Source of the DNA: Nitrospirota bacterium
Lineage (GTDB): Bacteria > Nitrospirota > Thermodesulfovibrionia > Thermodesulfovibrionales > SM23-35
DNA length: 64,000 bases
Assembly (NCBI GenBank): GCA_040757475.1
Contig: JBFLWW010000004.1
Coordinates: 31,676 to 95,675, forward strand
Reading direction: 5' to 3'
The notes below the pieces were generated by a model, which was given only the letters and a program-made list of their open reading frames with translations, ran no database searches and was not told where the DNA came from. The translations under genes were made by a program, and so were the position numbers. Every line of letters starts with the position of its first letter. The first letter of the stretch is position 1. Shown in pieces: positions 42,849 through 53,051 of this stretch.

Positions 42849-44296
42849 ATCTCGTCACTCCTAACTCGCGCCTGTTTTCTGTAAGATACCGCCATGTTAA
42901 TAAGACCGTCTACCCACTCTCTTGCACCAAGCGCATGCAGGTGGGTGTAGGTGGCAAGGACATTTTTATAGCAGAGACCATCCATCTTATCAACTATCCC
43001 CTCTCCCCTCTTCATCTTGAAGGCAAAATAGATATCCTTCGACAAGCCTTCAGGCCGAGGGCTCAGGATGTCTGTGGCTACATCAGGGTTAAGGATACGG
43101 GAATAATGAAATTCATGCCCCCTGAGAACAGTGCCCACGGGATAATAAGGATTATGCCTGTGTACCTCTAATATTGTATAACCATGGGCCTGGGGTTTCT
43201 TCTCCAGACAGAATTTAATTGGAAAGACTCCTGTCATTGGATATGTTTTGTTATCGAGCACAAGAGCCTCTCCAAGATACATTAAGCCTCCGCATTCTGC
43301 ATATATAGGCAATCCATCTTCTACAGCTTTTCGTACTGATTTTCTAAATGCCTTATTTTTTGCAAGTGCAATTGCATGTGTCTCAGGGAAACCTCCACCA
43401 ATGTATAATGCGTCAATCTCAGGAAGTTTCATCTCTTTTAATGCGCTGACCGCCATCAATCTTACTCCTCTTTTTTCAAGTTCTTCAAAGTTTTCAGGAT
43501 AATAAAACTGAAAAGCTGAATCATGGATGATTCCAATCCTGAGTGACGAGTTTTTACAACTTTGAACTTTGAACTTTGAACTTTGAACTTCTAAGGGTTT
43601 TGCTTCCGTTGCAATACTCCATATTCCATTAAGGTTAATATATTTTCTTGCGACTTCTGCTGTAAAAGATAGCACCTTTTCAACTTCAGGGTGTTCCTGA
43701 AAGGGTGTAAGCCCCATATGTCTTTCTGATAAAAAATCATGTTTAAGCTTTGGGATTGAGCCAAGAACAGGGATGTTGCAGTATTTTTCTATTGTTTTTC
43801 TTATAACATTTTCATGCCTCGCACCAGCAATCTGATTTAAAACTACACCCCTTATATCAACCTTTTTATCAAACTTCTGCATTCCAAGTACTAAGGCGCC
43901 TGCTGTCCTTGTTACCTTTGTACAATCAAGTATAAGTAGCACTGGAGACTTAAGCATCTTAGAAAGCTCTGCTGTGCTGTATGTCCCTTCTGAATCCATT
44001 CCATCAAAAAGCCCTCTGTTGCCTTCTATGACAGCACAATCTGCTTTGCCAAAATGTTCTTTAAAAGAGGGGAGTATCCTTCCTTTACTAATTAAAAAAG
44101 GGTCGAGATTATAGCAGGGCTGCATCGCTGCAGAGGATAGCCATCCTGCATCAATATAATCAGGCCCTTTCTTATATGGCACAATTTTAAGGCCCTTCTC
44201 TTTCCACGCAACTATCAATCCAAGTGAAAGAATTGTTTTCCCTGAACCACCTCTCAGACCTGCAATTACAAGCCGTGGATAACGAGTTTTTTGCAT
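42845..44296 (-). CDS. dsrN: DsrN (cobyrinic acid a,c-diamide synthase homologue, siroheme amidase)
   Basis: CbiA pattern (RLVIAGLRGGSGKT…, a C-terminal GATase-like domain with ECGGLMYL). ATG 44296 lies behind GGAGAA. There is a tandem AACTTTG insertion in the linker. Confidence 0.85.
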   Translation of the reverse strand: MQKTRYPRLVIAGLRGGSGKTILSLGLIVAWKEKGLKIVPYKKGPDYIDAGWLSSAAMQPCYNLDPFLISKGRILPSFKEHFGKADCAVIEGNRGLFDGMDSEGTYSTAELSKMLKSPVLLILDCTKVTRTAGALVLGMQKFDKKVDIRGVVLNQIAGARHENVIRKTIEKYCNIPVLGSIPKLKHDFLSERHMGLTPFQEHPEVEKVLSFTAEVARKYINLNGIWSIATEAKPLEVQSSKFKVQSCKNSSLRIGIIHDSAFQFYYPENFEELEKRGVRLMAVSALKEMKLPEIDALYIGGGFPETHAIALAKNKAFRKSVRKAVEDGLPIYAECGGLMYLGEALVLDNKTYPMTGVFPIKFCLEKKPQAHGYTILEVHRHNPYYPVGTVLRGHEFHYSRILNPDVATDILSPRPEGLSKDIYFAFKMKRGEGIVDKMDGLCYKNVLATYTHLHALGAREWVDGLINMAVSYRKQARVRSDEI

Positions 44297-44344
44297 TTTA
44301 AAATTTTCTCCGATCTGATTTTTCCCCAACTCCAGCGACAAATA

Positions 44345-44353
44345 ATTATAGCA
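44345..44353 (-). promoter_or_regulatory. extended -10 promoter candidate for dsrN
   Basis: Minus strand TGCTATAAT, ~45 nt upstream of ATG 44296. Confidence 0.45.
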
Positions 44354-44735
44354 CCATTTCTAACTGATTAATGCAAGGATTTTCTTGGTTATTTATCGAG
44401 AGGGCTCTTGACATAAAGGATATTCTTTGTTGCAACATGGGTGTAGATTATTGCCTGTTCCCATAAAAGGCATCAAGCGGGCTCTTTGGAAGTGTTTACC
44501 AATTTTTCCATGCTATACGAACCTCGTTTTATTCCATAATATCATAAAACAGGAGCTACTCTAAATTATTCTGCTTGTTTTAATTGGGTTTTTTCTTTAC
44601 TATTGGCCTAAAATATTGTAAGTTTGCCTCTCTGTCTTTCAAGCTACTTGGAATTTACTCAATCATTGAAGCTATTCCACTGCTGCGGGAATTATCACAA
44701 GTTTTTGCTTGGTGGGGTTCAAAAAATGCATTTTC

Positions 44736-44786
44736 TGGATAATAAAAAACCAGAAGGGCAATTTTTCATACTATGCCTCTCTGGTT
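44736..44786 (-). terminator. rho-independent terminator after dsrD
   Basis: Minus strand AACCAGAGAGGCA-N13-TGCCCTTCTGGTT followed by TTTTTATTAT, ~55 nt after the dsrD stop. Confidence 0.7.
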
Positions 44787-44840
44787 GCATTATATTGTAG
44801 TAGGATTTAGATCAGCGTAAAGTCTATTGTTTTTAAATTT

Positions 44841-45089
44841 TTACTTTATGAGCCCTTTTTCTCTGAGATACGCCTCATCTGGGATCTCTACTGAGCTGGC
44901 ACCTCCGGCATAAGAATACATCAGCCTCCCCACATCTATCATCTCTCTCATGGTCTTCTTTACTGTATCTTTATCAACACCAGTCTGCTCCGATACCCCG
45001 TTTATCACATCCCTTTCTTTCAACTTTTTTTTGCCCTTTGCAGCCAGGACAAATGCATAAATCTTATCTTTCAGTTCTTCTATCTCCAT
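44841..45089 (-). CDS. dsrD: DsrD (small winged-helix protein of reductive dsr loci)
   Basis: 82 aa with a KGKKKLK basic patch and a …GRLMYSYAGGASS segment in the position of the DsrD YWSSGSTT motif. It lies directly downstream of dsrB. Confidence 0.7.
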   Translation of the reverse strand: MEIEELKDKIYAFVLAAKGKKKLKERDVINGVSEQTGVDKDTVKKTMREMIDVGRLMYSYAGGASSVEIPDEAYLREKGLIK

Positions 45090-45193
45090 AGTCTCTCACC
45101 TTCTTTTATTTTAAAATTTTAGTTCATTTTAACAGATAGCAATTAGTATTTGTCAACTAACTGCTATCTGCTTAACTACTAACTACTTTAATT

Positions 45194-46300
45194 CTACCAC
45201 TTAAATGTTGATTGATTCCTTAAGGTTTCCCTCATGAATGTAAAGTCATCAATAGCCTGGTACGTAAACTCAATACCGCTCAGTTTAAAGAACCTTTCCC
45301 AGCCGATTCTATCTATCCACTCACCTAACCTCTCATGTTTTCTTGCATTCTTGGCATATAACTCAATAATATGCTTCACTGCAGCAACAACCTTCGGCCA
45401 TCTCGGTGGTTCGTTCGATATATAAGGGATAACAAGCCTCGAGAATTTTGTAGGGGTCCTCAGGCAGTTTACCTTTCCACCTATAACTATTGCGAGGCCA
45501 TCTCTATAAGGGTCTTTGATATCTATAGCAGGGCAGACAGTAAAACAGTTGCCACAATACATGCATCTCTCGTCTTTAATCTTTACGCTCTTTTTAGCAG
45601 GATCAGGACTTATAGCCTTTGTCGGGCAGGATGCAATAACAGTAGGTATCTCACATATCTTCCCCAGCCTATCATGGTCAACAGGAGGTACCTTCGTATG
45701 TATCGCAACTACTGCAATGTCTGAACAGTGGACAGCACCGCACATATTAGGACAGCATGCGAGGGCGAGTCTTAGTTTAGCAGGAAGCTCTTTTGTTGTG
45801 ATATAATCAGCGACCTCATCCATGACAGCCTTAACTATACCAGAGGCATCTGTTGCAGCACCATGGCAGTGAACCCATCCCTGCGTATGAACCATATTGC
45901 TGATCCTCGGCCCCATACCACCAATCATGTAGCCCTTTTCTTTAAGCTCTTTCTGAAGAGGCTCAAGATTCTTTTCGTCTGATACGAGAAACTCTATATT
46001 ATTCCTCGAAGTCCAGCGGACATAACCTCCACAGTATTTATCTACTATATCACATACCTCACGGACTGTATCTGTAGCAATCAGTCTACAGGTTTGTACC
46101 CTTACACTCCATATCTTATCACCGCTTTCTGCAGTATGAACCATTACTCCAGGGCTTAATATCTCATGTTCTTTCCACTTACCATAATTCTTCTTGATTA
46201 CAGGATGTAAGAAGTTACTATAATGAGGTGGCCCTATGTCTGTCTCTCTGAGCCTCTTAGCTTCCTCTGCTGTTAATTTCCTATCACCATAGAATCCCAT
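45194..46300 (-). CDS. dsrB: dissimilatory sulfite reductase beta subunit
   Basis: 368 aa with siroheme/Fe-S cysteine clusters (CHGAATD…, [14 protein letters not shown]) and a ferredoxin insert ([12 protein letters not shown]). Confidence 0.95.
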   Translation of the reverse strand: MGFYGDRKLTAEEAKRLRETDIGPPHYSNFLHPVIKKNYGKWKEHEILSPGVMVHTAESGDKIWSVRVQTCRLIATDTVREVCDIVDKYCGGYVRWTSRNNIEFLVSDEKNLEPLQKELKEKGYMIGGMGPRISNMVHTQGWVHCHGAATDASGIVKAVMDEVADYITTKELPAKLRLALACCPNMCGAVHCSDIAVVAIHTKVPPVDHDRLGKICEIPTVIASCPTKAISPDPAKKSVKIKDERCMYCGNCFTVCPAIDIKDPYRDGLAIVIGGKVNCLRTPTKFSRLVIPYISNEPPRWPKVVAAVKHIIELYAKNARKHERLGEWIDRIGWERFFKLSGIEFTYQAIDDFTFMRETLRNQSTFKW

Positions 46301-46324
46301 TTTATATCCTCCTTATCTAAAAAT

Positions 46325-47572
46325 TTAAAAAATGAACTTTCCGGTCTTCTTTTCTTCTTCCTCTCTCTTCTTAAACCTCTCAATATCCCCTTCAGTGAAG
46401 AAGAAGAATGGATCTCTCCTCGGCTCCTTTATCATCTGTGGAATGGGTTCTACTCCGATAGCCTCAAGGAATGACCTCATACCCTTAAACTCTATAACCT
46501 CTCCAATTCTTTCCCTCGGATGCGAATTCTCATCCCACCAGTCCCACATCTTCCTTGCAAGCTCCTTGAATTCAGTAAATGGTGGCTCCATCTTCATGAA
46601 TGGGATAATGACATGCGAAATAATAGTCCCTATAACAATCGGTGCCTTATTTCCGATACATATGGTTGCACCCCTCTCGCCACTCGGCTTGAGTGCATGA
46701 TGCATCTTTGATATACAGTGCATACATCTGTTGCATTCATCATTATTTATCTTTAATTCTTTACCATCATAACTGATGCACTCTGTCGGGCACATTTTCA
46801 CGATCTCTCTCGAGATGTCCATTCCCTTCTTTTCATGCCATTTAACAGCATCCTGGTCAATGAGTATCGGGCCTTTCCATGTCCCAATTACAGAACAGTC
46901 AGAGCGCGCGATGGAGGCACAGCAGTCACAGGCACAACCTGCAAACTTAAATTTAAATTTATAGTTGAATGCAGGTCTGTGGAGTTCATCCTGAAATTCC
47001 TGTGTAATCTGATGGCATGCCTCCATGGTATCATAATTTGCCCACTCGCAACGTGCTTGCCCAACACAACAGCTCGGAGTCCTCATGGCAGAGCCTGAAC
47101 CACCCAAATCAAATCTCAAATGAGCAGGTTTTTCCTTGGATGTAAGCTCAGCAAAGATGAGCTCAAGGTTCTCGGTCGTTGTACCGAGAAAGACCAAATC
47201 ACCTGTTGAGCCATGCATATTCATTATACCGCTTCCATACTTATCACAGATATCCGCGAGCTCCCTTAATACCTCTGTTGTATAGAACCAGCCACTCGGC
47301 TGATTAACCCTGACGGTATGGAAGAATTCTACATTGGGAAACATATGTGGTAGGTCAGAGTATCTCCCGATAACCCCGCCACCATAGCCGAGGACACCAA
47401 CAATACCACCATGTTTCCAGTAACCTCGCTTGGTTTTGAAAGAGTATTCGAGCTGACCCAGCTCATCATTGGCCATCTCATTTTTTGCAGCGGCCTTCTT
47501 GATCTCCTTAACGAAACTCGGAAACGGTCCCTTTTCCAGCTCGTCAAGCAATGGCGTTTCGTACTTTTTCAT
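46325..47572 (-). CDS. dsrA: dissimilatory sulfite reductase alpha subunit
   Basis: ATG 47572 behind GGAGG ([20 protein letters not shown]…). Cys clusters [13 protein letters not shown] and FAGCACDCC. Ferredoxin insert CNRCMHC. Confidence 0.95.
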   Translation of the reverse strand: MKKYETPLLDELEKGPFPSFVKEIKKAAAKNEMANDELGQLEYSFKTKRGYWKHGGIVGVLGYGGGVIGRYSDLPHMFPNVEFFHTVRVNQPSGWFYTTEVLRELADICDKYGSGIMNMHGSTGDLVFLGTTTENLELIFAELTSKEKPAHLRFDLGGSGSAMRTPSCCVGQARCEWANYDTMEACHQITQEFQDELHRPAFNYKFKFKFAGCACDCCASIARSDCSVIGTWKGPILIDQDAVKWHEKKGMDISREIVKMCPTECISYDGKELKINNDECNRCMHCISKMHHALKPSGERGATICIGNKAPIVIGTIISHVIIPFMKMEPPFTEFKELARKMWDWWDENSHPRERIGEVIEFKGMRSFLEAIGVEPIPQMIKEPRRDPFFFFTEGDIERFKKREEEEKKTGKFIF

Positions 47573-47635
47573 AAAAACCTCCTTTTCTATTAATTTTGAG
47601 AAGCCTTTGTTACTAAGAAAAAAAGTAAGCACTTC

Positions 47636-47708
47636 AGCCTAATACAACATTTATCTAATAGTCAAATAAAAAAAATTAATCTGTAAATCATAATTATTTA
47701 TTCACTTG
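47636..47708 (-). promoter_or_regulatory. dsrA promoter block shared with dsrC
   Basis: Minus strand: …ATTTACAGATTAATTTTTTTTATTTGACT-N15-TATTAG. The -35 is at 47660-47665 and the -10 at 47639-47644, giving a ~60-nt leader. Confidence 0.6.
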
Positions 47709-47761
47709 ATATCTGAATTTTATTTTTGCACTGCTCTTTCCTGTATATAAAGAATTTTTTA

Positions 47762-47792
47762 TTTACATTAACCCCTGTATAGGTGCTATACT
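47762..47792 (+). promoter_or_regulatory. promoter candidate for bamA
   Basis: TTTACA-N19-TATACT, with TGC directly preceding the -10 (extended -10 form TGcTATACT), ~55 nt upstream of ATG 47849. Confidence 0.35.
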
Positions 47793-47848
47793 TATCGAGC
47801 TTTTCGAGTCTCGTGGGTTTTCTTATTAACTTCTAGTCGGGAGGCAAA

Positions 47849-50092
47849 ATGTGTAGGATAGTATTGCTATCGCTCTTTTTTAATCTGGTTTTAACATCAG
47901 GTATCCTATATGCCCAGGAGCTACCTATTGTCAACTCAATAGAGATCAGGGGGCTCAAAAGGATTGAGGAAAGTGCAGTAAAATCCAGGATTATCCAGAA
48001 ATTAGGTGAACCAATATCTCAGGATAAAACGAATGAAGACATTAAAAACATCTTCAAGATGGGGTATTTTGATGATGTCAGGGCTGAGATCGAACCATTA
48101 GAGGGCGGTATAAAGCTGATATATATTGTAAAAGAAAAACCCACCATTGTGAGAATCGAATTTCAGGGCAACAAGGAGTTTGACGATTCACATTTGAAGG
48201 AAAAGCTCACAATAACCGTTGGCGCCATTGCTGATGCTGTCCTGATCCAGGACAATGCAAACAGGCTCAGGGCATTTTATGAAGAAGAGGGGTACTGGTT
48301 ATCGAGCATAGTCCCTGTTATTAAAAGGATACGCGATGATGAGGTCAGCCTGACCTACCAGATAGAGGAAGGTCCAAAGGTAAGGATAAAGAAAATCAAT
48401 ATAGAGGGCAATAAAGCTATCTCCACACGCAGGATAAAAAAGGCTATGGATACCAGTGAATGGACGATTTTTTCCTTTATTACTTCCTCAGGCTACTATA
48501 AAAAGGATCAGATGAACACAGATATAGAAAAGGTAAAGGACCTCTATTTCAATAACGGATATATCAAGGCTGTGGTCGGAGAGCCTAAGATTCAGCTTAC
48601 AGAAGATAAAAAAGGAATGATTATAACAATACAGGTTTCAGAAGGTAATCAATACAGAATCTCCTCCTTAGAGTTTACAGGCAACAAGGCCTTTATTGAT
48701 GAAACTATAAGGGAGAGGATCAGTCTAACTCCTAACACTATATTCAGCAAAAACCTCTTGAGAAAAGACATCCTTTCAATATCTGAACTATACTCAGAAA
48801 ATGGGTATACGCTCATATCTGTATCGCCTGATCTAATACCTGATGATGCTACAAAACTTGTAAAAATATCCTTGAAGATAGACGAGGGTCACAAATACAG
48901 AATAGGTAAGATAGAGATTTCAGGAAACATTAAAACCAGAGACAAGGTTATAAGAAGGGAGGTAAGGCTCGACGAGGGTGATGTATTTAATAGCACTATG
49001 ATAAAAAGAAGCTATGAAAGGATCAATAACCTTAACTTTTTTGAAACAGTAGAAATAGTTACTGAGCCGCGTCCTGAGGAGAAATTAGTAGACCTCAACA
49101 TTAAGGTAAAAGAAAGGCCAACAGGCTTTTTAAGTATAGGCGGAGGATATAGTTCTGTTGATAAATTTATTGGAACTATTGACCTGACACAGGGGAATCT
49201 CTTTGGTAAAGGACAGTATATAAAGTTAAAGGGGGAGTTCGGTGGAAGAAGTACATTCTACGAACTCTCCTTCAGAGAGCCATGGTTTATGGATAAGCCA
49301 ATCTCGTTCTCTACAAGTATTTATAAGACGAGCAGACAATACATAGAATACGAGAAAAAGGCAACAGGATTTGGTGTTTCCTTTGGTAAAAGTTTCACAG
49401 AATACTGGAGGGGCGATATCGCATACAACTTTGAGAATGCAACGATATTCAATATATCTGAACAGGCCTCAACCAAGATAAAGGAGCAGGAAGGCACAAG
49501 GATAACCAGCAGTATCACCCCTTCTTTAGTAAGAGACTCGAGAGACAACTACCTCGACCCATCAAGGGGCTCGAGGAATTCCTTTTACCTCACATATGCA
49601 GGACTTGGAGGAACTAACTACTTTGTAAAGAGTGGCGTTGACTCTGCCTGGTATTTCCCGCTTGATAGCACAACCTTCATGTTAAGGGGCAGGTTTGGTT
49701 ATGGTACTGGTATCTGGGGTAAGGAACTACCATTATATGAGAGGTTTTATGTAGGCGGGATCTATACTGTAAGAGGATTGGGGTTTGGTGAGGCAGGACC
49801 AAAGGATAAACAAACAGGAGATGAGATAGGAGGCACAGAAGAACTGATTTTTAATACAGAATACATATTCCCGATTTTTAGCGAATTAAAACTCAAGGGT
49901 GTGGTCTTCTTTGATGCAGGTAATGCTTATGAATCCTTTAAAAAATTCGGCAGCCTCAGATATACTACTGGGACTGGCATAAGATGGATTTCGCCAATGG
50001 GGCCCATAAGGATTGAGTGGGGTTACAACCTGGATAGAAAATTAGGAGAGAGTGCCAGCAGGCTTGAATTCACCTTTGGAACATTTTTTTAA
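47849..50092 (+). CDS. bamA: outer membrane protein assembly factor BamA
   Basis: Signal peptide, five POTRA-like repeats and a C-terminal beta-barrel ending …RLEFTFGTFF. Confidence 0.9.
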   Translation: MCRIVLLSLFFNLVLTSGILYAQELPIVNSIEIRGLKRIEESAVKSRIIQKLGEPISQDKTNEDIKNIFKMGYFDDVRAEIEPLEGGIKLIYIVKEKPTIVRIEFQGNKEFDDSHLKEKLTITVGAIADAVLIQDNANRLRAFYEEEGYWLSSIVPVIKRIRDDEVSLTYQIEEGPKVRIKKINIEGNKAISTRRIKKAMDTSEWTIFSFITSSGYYKKDQMNTDIEKVKDLYFNNGYIKAVVGEPKIQLTEDKKGMIITIQVSEGNQYRISSLEFTGNKAFIDETIRERISLTPNTIFSKNLLRKDILSISELYSENGYTLISVSPDLIPDDATKLVKISLKIDEGHKYRIGKIEISGNIKTRDKVIRREVRLDEGDVFNSTMIKRSYERINNLNFFETVEIVTEPRPEEKLVDLNIKVKERPTGFLSIGGGYSSVDKFIGTIDLTQGNLFGKGQYIKLKGEFGGRSTFYELSFREPWFMDKPISFSTSIYKTSRQYIEYEKKATGFGVSFGKSFTEYWRGDIAYNFENATIFNISEQASTKIKEQEGTRITSSITPSLVRDSRDNYLDPSRGSRNSFYLTYAGLGGTNYFVKSGVDSAWYFPLDSTTFMLRGRFGYGTGIWGKELPLYERFYVGGIYTVRGLGFGEAGPKDKQTGDEIGGTEELIFNTEYIFPIFSELKLKGVVFFDAGNAYESFKKFGSLRYTTGTGIRWISPMGPIRIEWGYNLDRKLGESASRLEFTFGTFF

Positions 50093-50104
50093 TCAGGAGG
50101 AGAA

Positions 50105-50650
50105 ATGAAAAATAGACTTATAGTTTTTGTTTTTTCACTTTTCACTTTTTACTTTTCACTTTTCACTTTTTTATTCGCAGCCGATACAATAATGAAGATA
50201 GGGTATATGGACCTTCAGAAGGTCTTGAATGAATCCGAGGCTGGAAAGAAGGCTAAATTTGACCTCGAGTCTTTAATAAAATCTAAACAATCTTTTATAG
50301 ACGAAAAGGGCAGGGCTATAGAAAAGATAAGGGGTGATCTGGAAAAACAGGCATCTGTACTTTCTGCAGAGGCAAGAAAAAACAAAGAAGAGGAACTCGA
50401 AAAATTGCTCAGGGAATACCAGCGGCTTGTCCAAGATTCACAGGCCGAGGTCAAGAAGAAAGAGGGAGAGCTGACAGGTGCAATAATAAAAGAGATGCGA
50501 GAAATAGTAGAGAAGATAGGCGAGGAAGAAGGATACACCTTTATATTTGAGAAGGCTGAAGGTATAATCCTTTACTCAAATAAAGACCTCGACATTACAG
50601 ATACGGTCATAAAGAAATATAACGAATCAAAGGCCAGACCAAAAAAGTAG
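50105..50650 (+). CDS. skp: periplasmic chaperone Skp (OmpH family)
   Basis: Signal peptide plus a long charged coiled-coil, located between bamA and lpxD. The signal-peptide core is encoded by (TTTCACT)n. Confidence 0.85.
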   Translation: MKNRLIVFVFSLFTFYFSLFTFLFAADTIMKIGYMDLQKVLNESEAGKKAKFDLESLIKSKQSFIDEKGRAIEKIRGDLEKQASVLSAEARKNKEEELEKLLREYQRLVQDSQAEVKKKEGELTGAIIKEMREIVEKIGEEEGYTFIFEKAEGIILYSNKDLDITDTVIKKYNESKARPKK

Positions 50651-50716
50651 TGAACCCCGTACGACGAATAAAGGCATGGACATTATAGATAGAGTCATGA
50701 AAAGAGGTGGTGCAGG

Positions 50717-51739
50717 GTGAAGCTTAAAGAACTTGCATCCCTGCTTAATGGTGAAGTGATCGGGGATCCTGATATCGAAATTACAGGGGTATCAGGTATA
50801 AACGAGGCTCAAGAGGGAGATATCACATTTATCTCAGCAAAGAGATATATAAAAGACCTCCGAGGATGCAGGGCATCGTGTGTGATTGTAAAAGAGCAGA
50901 TAGTTGATATAAATATAACACAACTTAAAGTATCAAACCCTTATCTTGCCTTTGCTAAACTGCTCGAATATTTTTATGTCAAACCACAAAAACCAATTGG
51001 AATAAGCAAAGGGGCTATTGTATCTGACACAGCAGAGATAGGTAAGGATGTCTCAATCTTTCCGTTCTCTTATATCTCAGATGGCGTTTTCATCGGCGAC
51101 AGGACTATTATTTACCCATATGTCTTCGTAGGCGAAAATACCACTGTAAGAGAAAGATGCATTATCTATCCCAATGTGGTTCTGAGGGAGAATGTAAAGA
51201 TCGGTAACAAGGTTATAATACATTCTGGCTCAGTAATAGGTTCTGACGGCTTCGGTTATGTTTTTGAGGAAGGCAGACACTATAAGATTCCTCAGGTAGG
51301 AGGTGTTATTATCGAGGATGATGTAGAGATAGGTTCCAATGTCTCTGTTGATAGGGCAACAACAGGAAACACAATTATATGTCGTGGCACAAAAATAGAT
51401 AACCTTGTTCAGATAGCACATAATGTCAGAATCGGTGAGAATTCTATTATTGTTGCTCAGGTCGGAATTGGAGGTAGCACAGAGATAGGGGACTTTGTTA
51501 CCTTAGCTGGCCAGGTTGGAATTACTGACCACGTAAAAATAGACTCCGAAACTATGATAGGTGCTCAGTCAGGTGTTATAGGGCATGTTACAAAAGGAGC
51601 CTATTCTGGTACACCTGCAATACCCCACAGAGACTGGTTAAAGGCCCAAGCTATATTCGCAAAACTGCCAGAACTTAATAAAAAAATAAAAGAACTTGAA
51701 GAAAGGATAAGGGAACTTGAAAGGAGGAATCCTGAATGA
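50717..51739 (+). CDS. lpxD: UDP-3-O-acylglucosamine N-acyltransferase
   Basis: LpxD N-domain plus hexapeptide repeats and a C-terminal helix. GTG start. Confidence 0.9.
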   Translation: MKLKELASLLNGEVIGDPDIEITGVSGINEAQEGDITFISAKRYIKDLRGCRASCVIVKEQIVDINITQLKVSNPYLAFAKLLEYFYVKPQKPIGISKGAIVSDTAEIGKDVSIFPFSYISDGVFIGDRTIIYPYVFVGENTTVRERCIIYPNVVLRENVKIGNKVIIHSGSVIGSDGFGYVFEEGRHYKIPQVGGVIIEDDVEIGSNVSVDRATTGNTIICRGTKIDNLVQIAHNVRIGENSIIVAQVGIGGSTEIGDFVTLAGQVGITDHVKIDSETMIGAQSGVIGHVTKGAYSGTPAIPHRDWLKAQAIFAKLPELNKKIKELEERIRELERRNPE

Positions 51740-52167
51740 TGGATATAAAGGAGATACAGAAACTTTTACCGCACAGATATCCGTTTCTATTGGTAGACAG
51801 AATTATCCAGATAGAACCAGGTATAAAGGCTGTCGGGATAAAAAATGTGACAGTTAATGAAGGGTTTTTTCAGGGACACTTCCCAGGGCATCCTATAATG
51901 CCAGGCGTATTAATAATAGAGGCATTGGCACAGGTAGCTGGTATACTCGCCCTTTCTTCGGGAGCAAATAAAGGCAATGTTTATTTTATGAGTATAGAGA
52001 AGGCAAAATTCAGAAAGCCTGTTATTCCAGGAGACCAGCTCAGATTAGAAATCAGTATCCTGCAGCACAGGGGGAATGTTTGGAAGTTCTCTGGTAATGC
52101 AAATGTTGAAGGAAAAGTAGTTGCAGAGACTGAATTTACTGCCATGGTTACAGACAGAGAGATATGA
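51736..52167 (+). CDS. fabZ: 3-hydroxyacyl-ACP dehydratase FabZ
   Basis: [13 protein letters not shown]…[23 protein letters not shown]. Confidence 0.95.
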   Translation: MMDIKEIQKLLPHRYPFLLVDRIIQIEPGIKAVGIKNVTVNEGFFQGHFPGHPIMPGVLIIEALAQVAGILALSSGANKGNVYFMSIEKAKFRKPVIPGDQLRLEISILQHRGNVWKFSGNANVEGKVVAETEFTAMVTDREI

Positions 52168-52171
52168 AAAA

Positions 52172-52951
52172 GTGAGAAGTGAAATTCATCCAACAGCAAT
52201 CATAAACTCTAAAGCAGAAATAGAGGAGGGAGTAATTATCGGCCCCTTCTGCATTATCGGTGAGGGTGTCCGCATAAGAAAAGGCACGAAACTTATTTCA
52301 AATGTAATCATAGAAGGCAATACAGAGATAGGCGAAAACTGCACAATATATCCATTCACGAGTATCGGACTCCCACCACAGGACCTGAAATACAAAGGAG
52401 GAAAGACAGGTGTAAAAATAGGAAAGGAGAATATTATACGGGAATATGTAACAATCCATAGGGCATCTGTCGGTGGAGATGGTTTAACCACAATCGGGGA
52501 TAAAAATTTTCTTATGGCCTATGTCCATATAGCACATGACTGCAAGATAGGAAGTCAAATAATCATGGCAAATCTTGCAACACTTGGAGGCCATGTAGTT
52601 GTGGAAGACTATGCTGTTATAGGTGGACTTGTTGCAGTACACCAGTTCACAAGGATCGGGGCCTATGCAATGGTTGGTGGGTTCAGTGGGGTGGGACAGG
52701 ATATACCACCTTATACAATAGCCTCAGGGGCAAGGGCAAGACTCTTCGGCCTTAACACTATTGGGCTCAAGCGGCACGGCTTCTCTGACTCAACAATAAA
52801 TGAACTCAAAAAGGCATACAAGATACTTTTCAGAGAGAAAAGAACAGTTAAAGATGCGATAAAAAAGATACAGGAAGACCTTCCATACACAGATGAGATA
52901 AGGCATCTTATCGAGTTCATACAGAAAAACAAAAGAGGCATCTGTAGATAA
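52172..52951 (+). CDS. lpxA: acyl-ACP--UDP-N-acetylglucosamine O-acyltransferase
   Basis: …IHPTAIINSKAEI followed by hexapeptide repeats and the LpxA C-terminal domain. GTG 52172 is preferred to ATG 52121, which overlaps the fabZ end, so the start is uncertain. Confidence 0.85.
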   Translation: MRSEIHPTAIINSKAEIEEGVIIGPFCIIGEGVRIRKGTKLISNVIIEGNTEIGENCTIYPFTSIGLPPQDLKYKGGKTGVKIGKENIIREYVTIHRASVGGDGLTTIGDKNFLMAYVHIAHDCKIGSQIIMANLATLGGHVVVEDYAVIGGLVAVHQFTRIGAYAMVGGFSGVGQDIPPYTIASGARARLFGLNTIGLKRHGFSDSTINELKKAYKILFREKRTVKDAIKKIQEDLPYTDEIRHLIEFIQKNKRGICR

Positions 52952-53048
52952 TGAAAGAGATGCCCGATACAAGATTCCTGATACAGGATAGAGAATACAT
53001 GCATCTGGTATCGTGCATCTGGCATCTGGTACCGTCCATCCTTTGTAA
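52952..53048. repeat. heptamer-repeat inverted element between lpxA and lpxI
   Basis: CCCGATA CAAGATT CCTGATA CAGGATA … CTGGTAT CGTGCAT CTGGCAT CTGGTAC. The two halves are partly complementary. Confidence 0.65.
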
Positions 53049-53051
53049 GTG

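Noticed and set aside
47690-47708. Rex operator in the shared dsr promoter block
   Set aside because: Only a TTCAC half-site-like word is present on the dsrA side. There is no TTGTGAA-N6-TTCACAA palindrome and the dsrC copy differs there.
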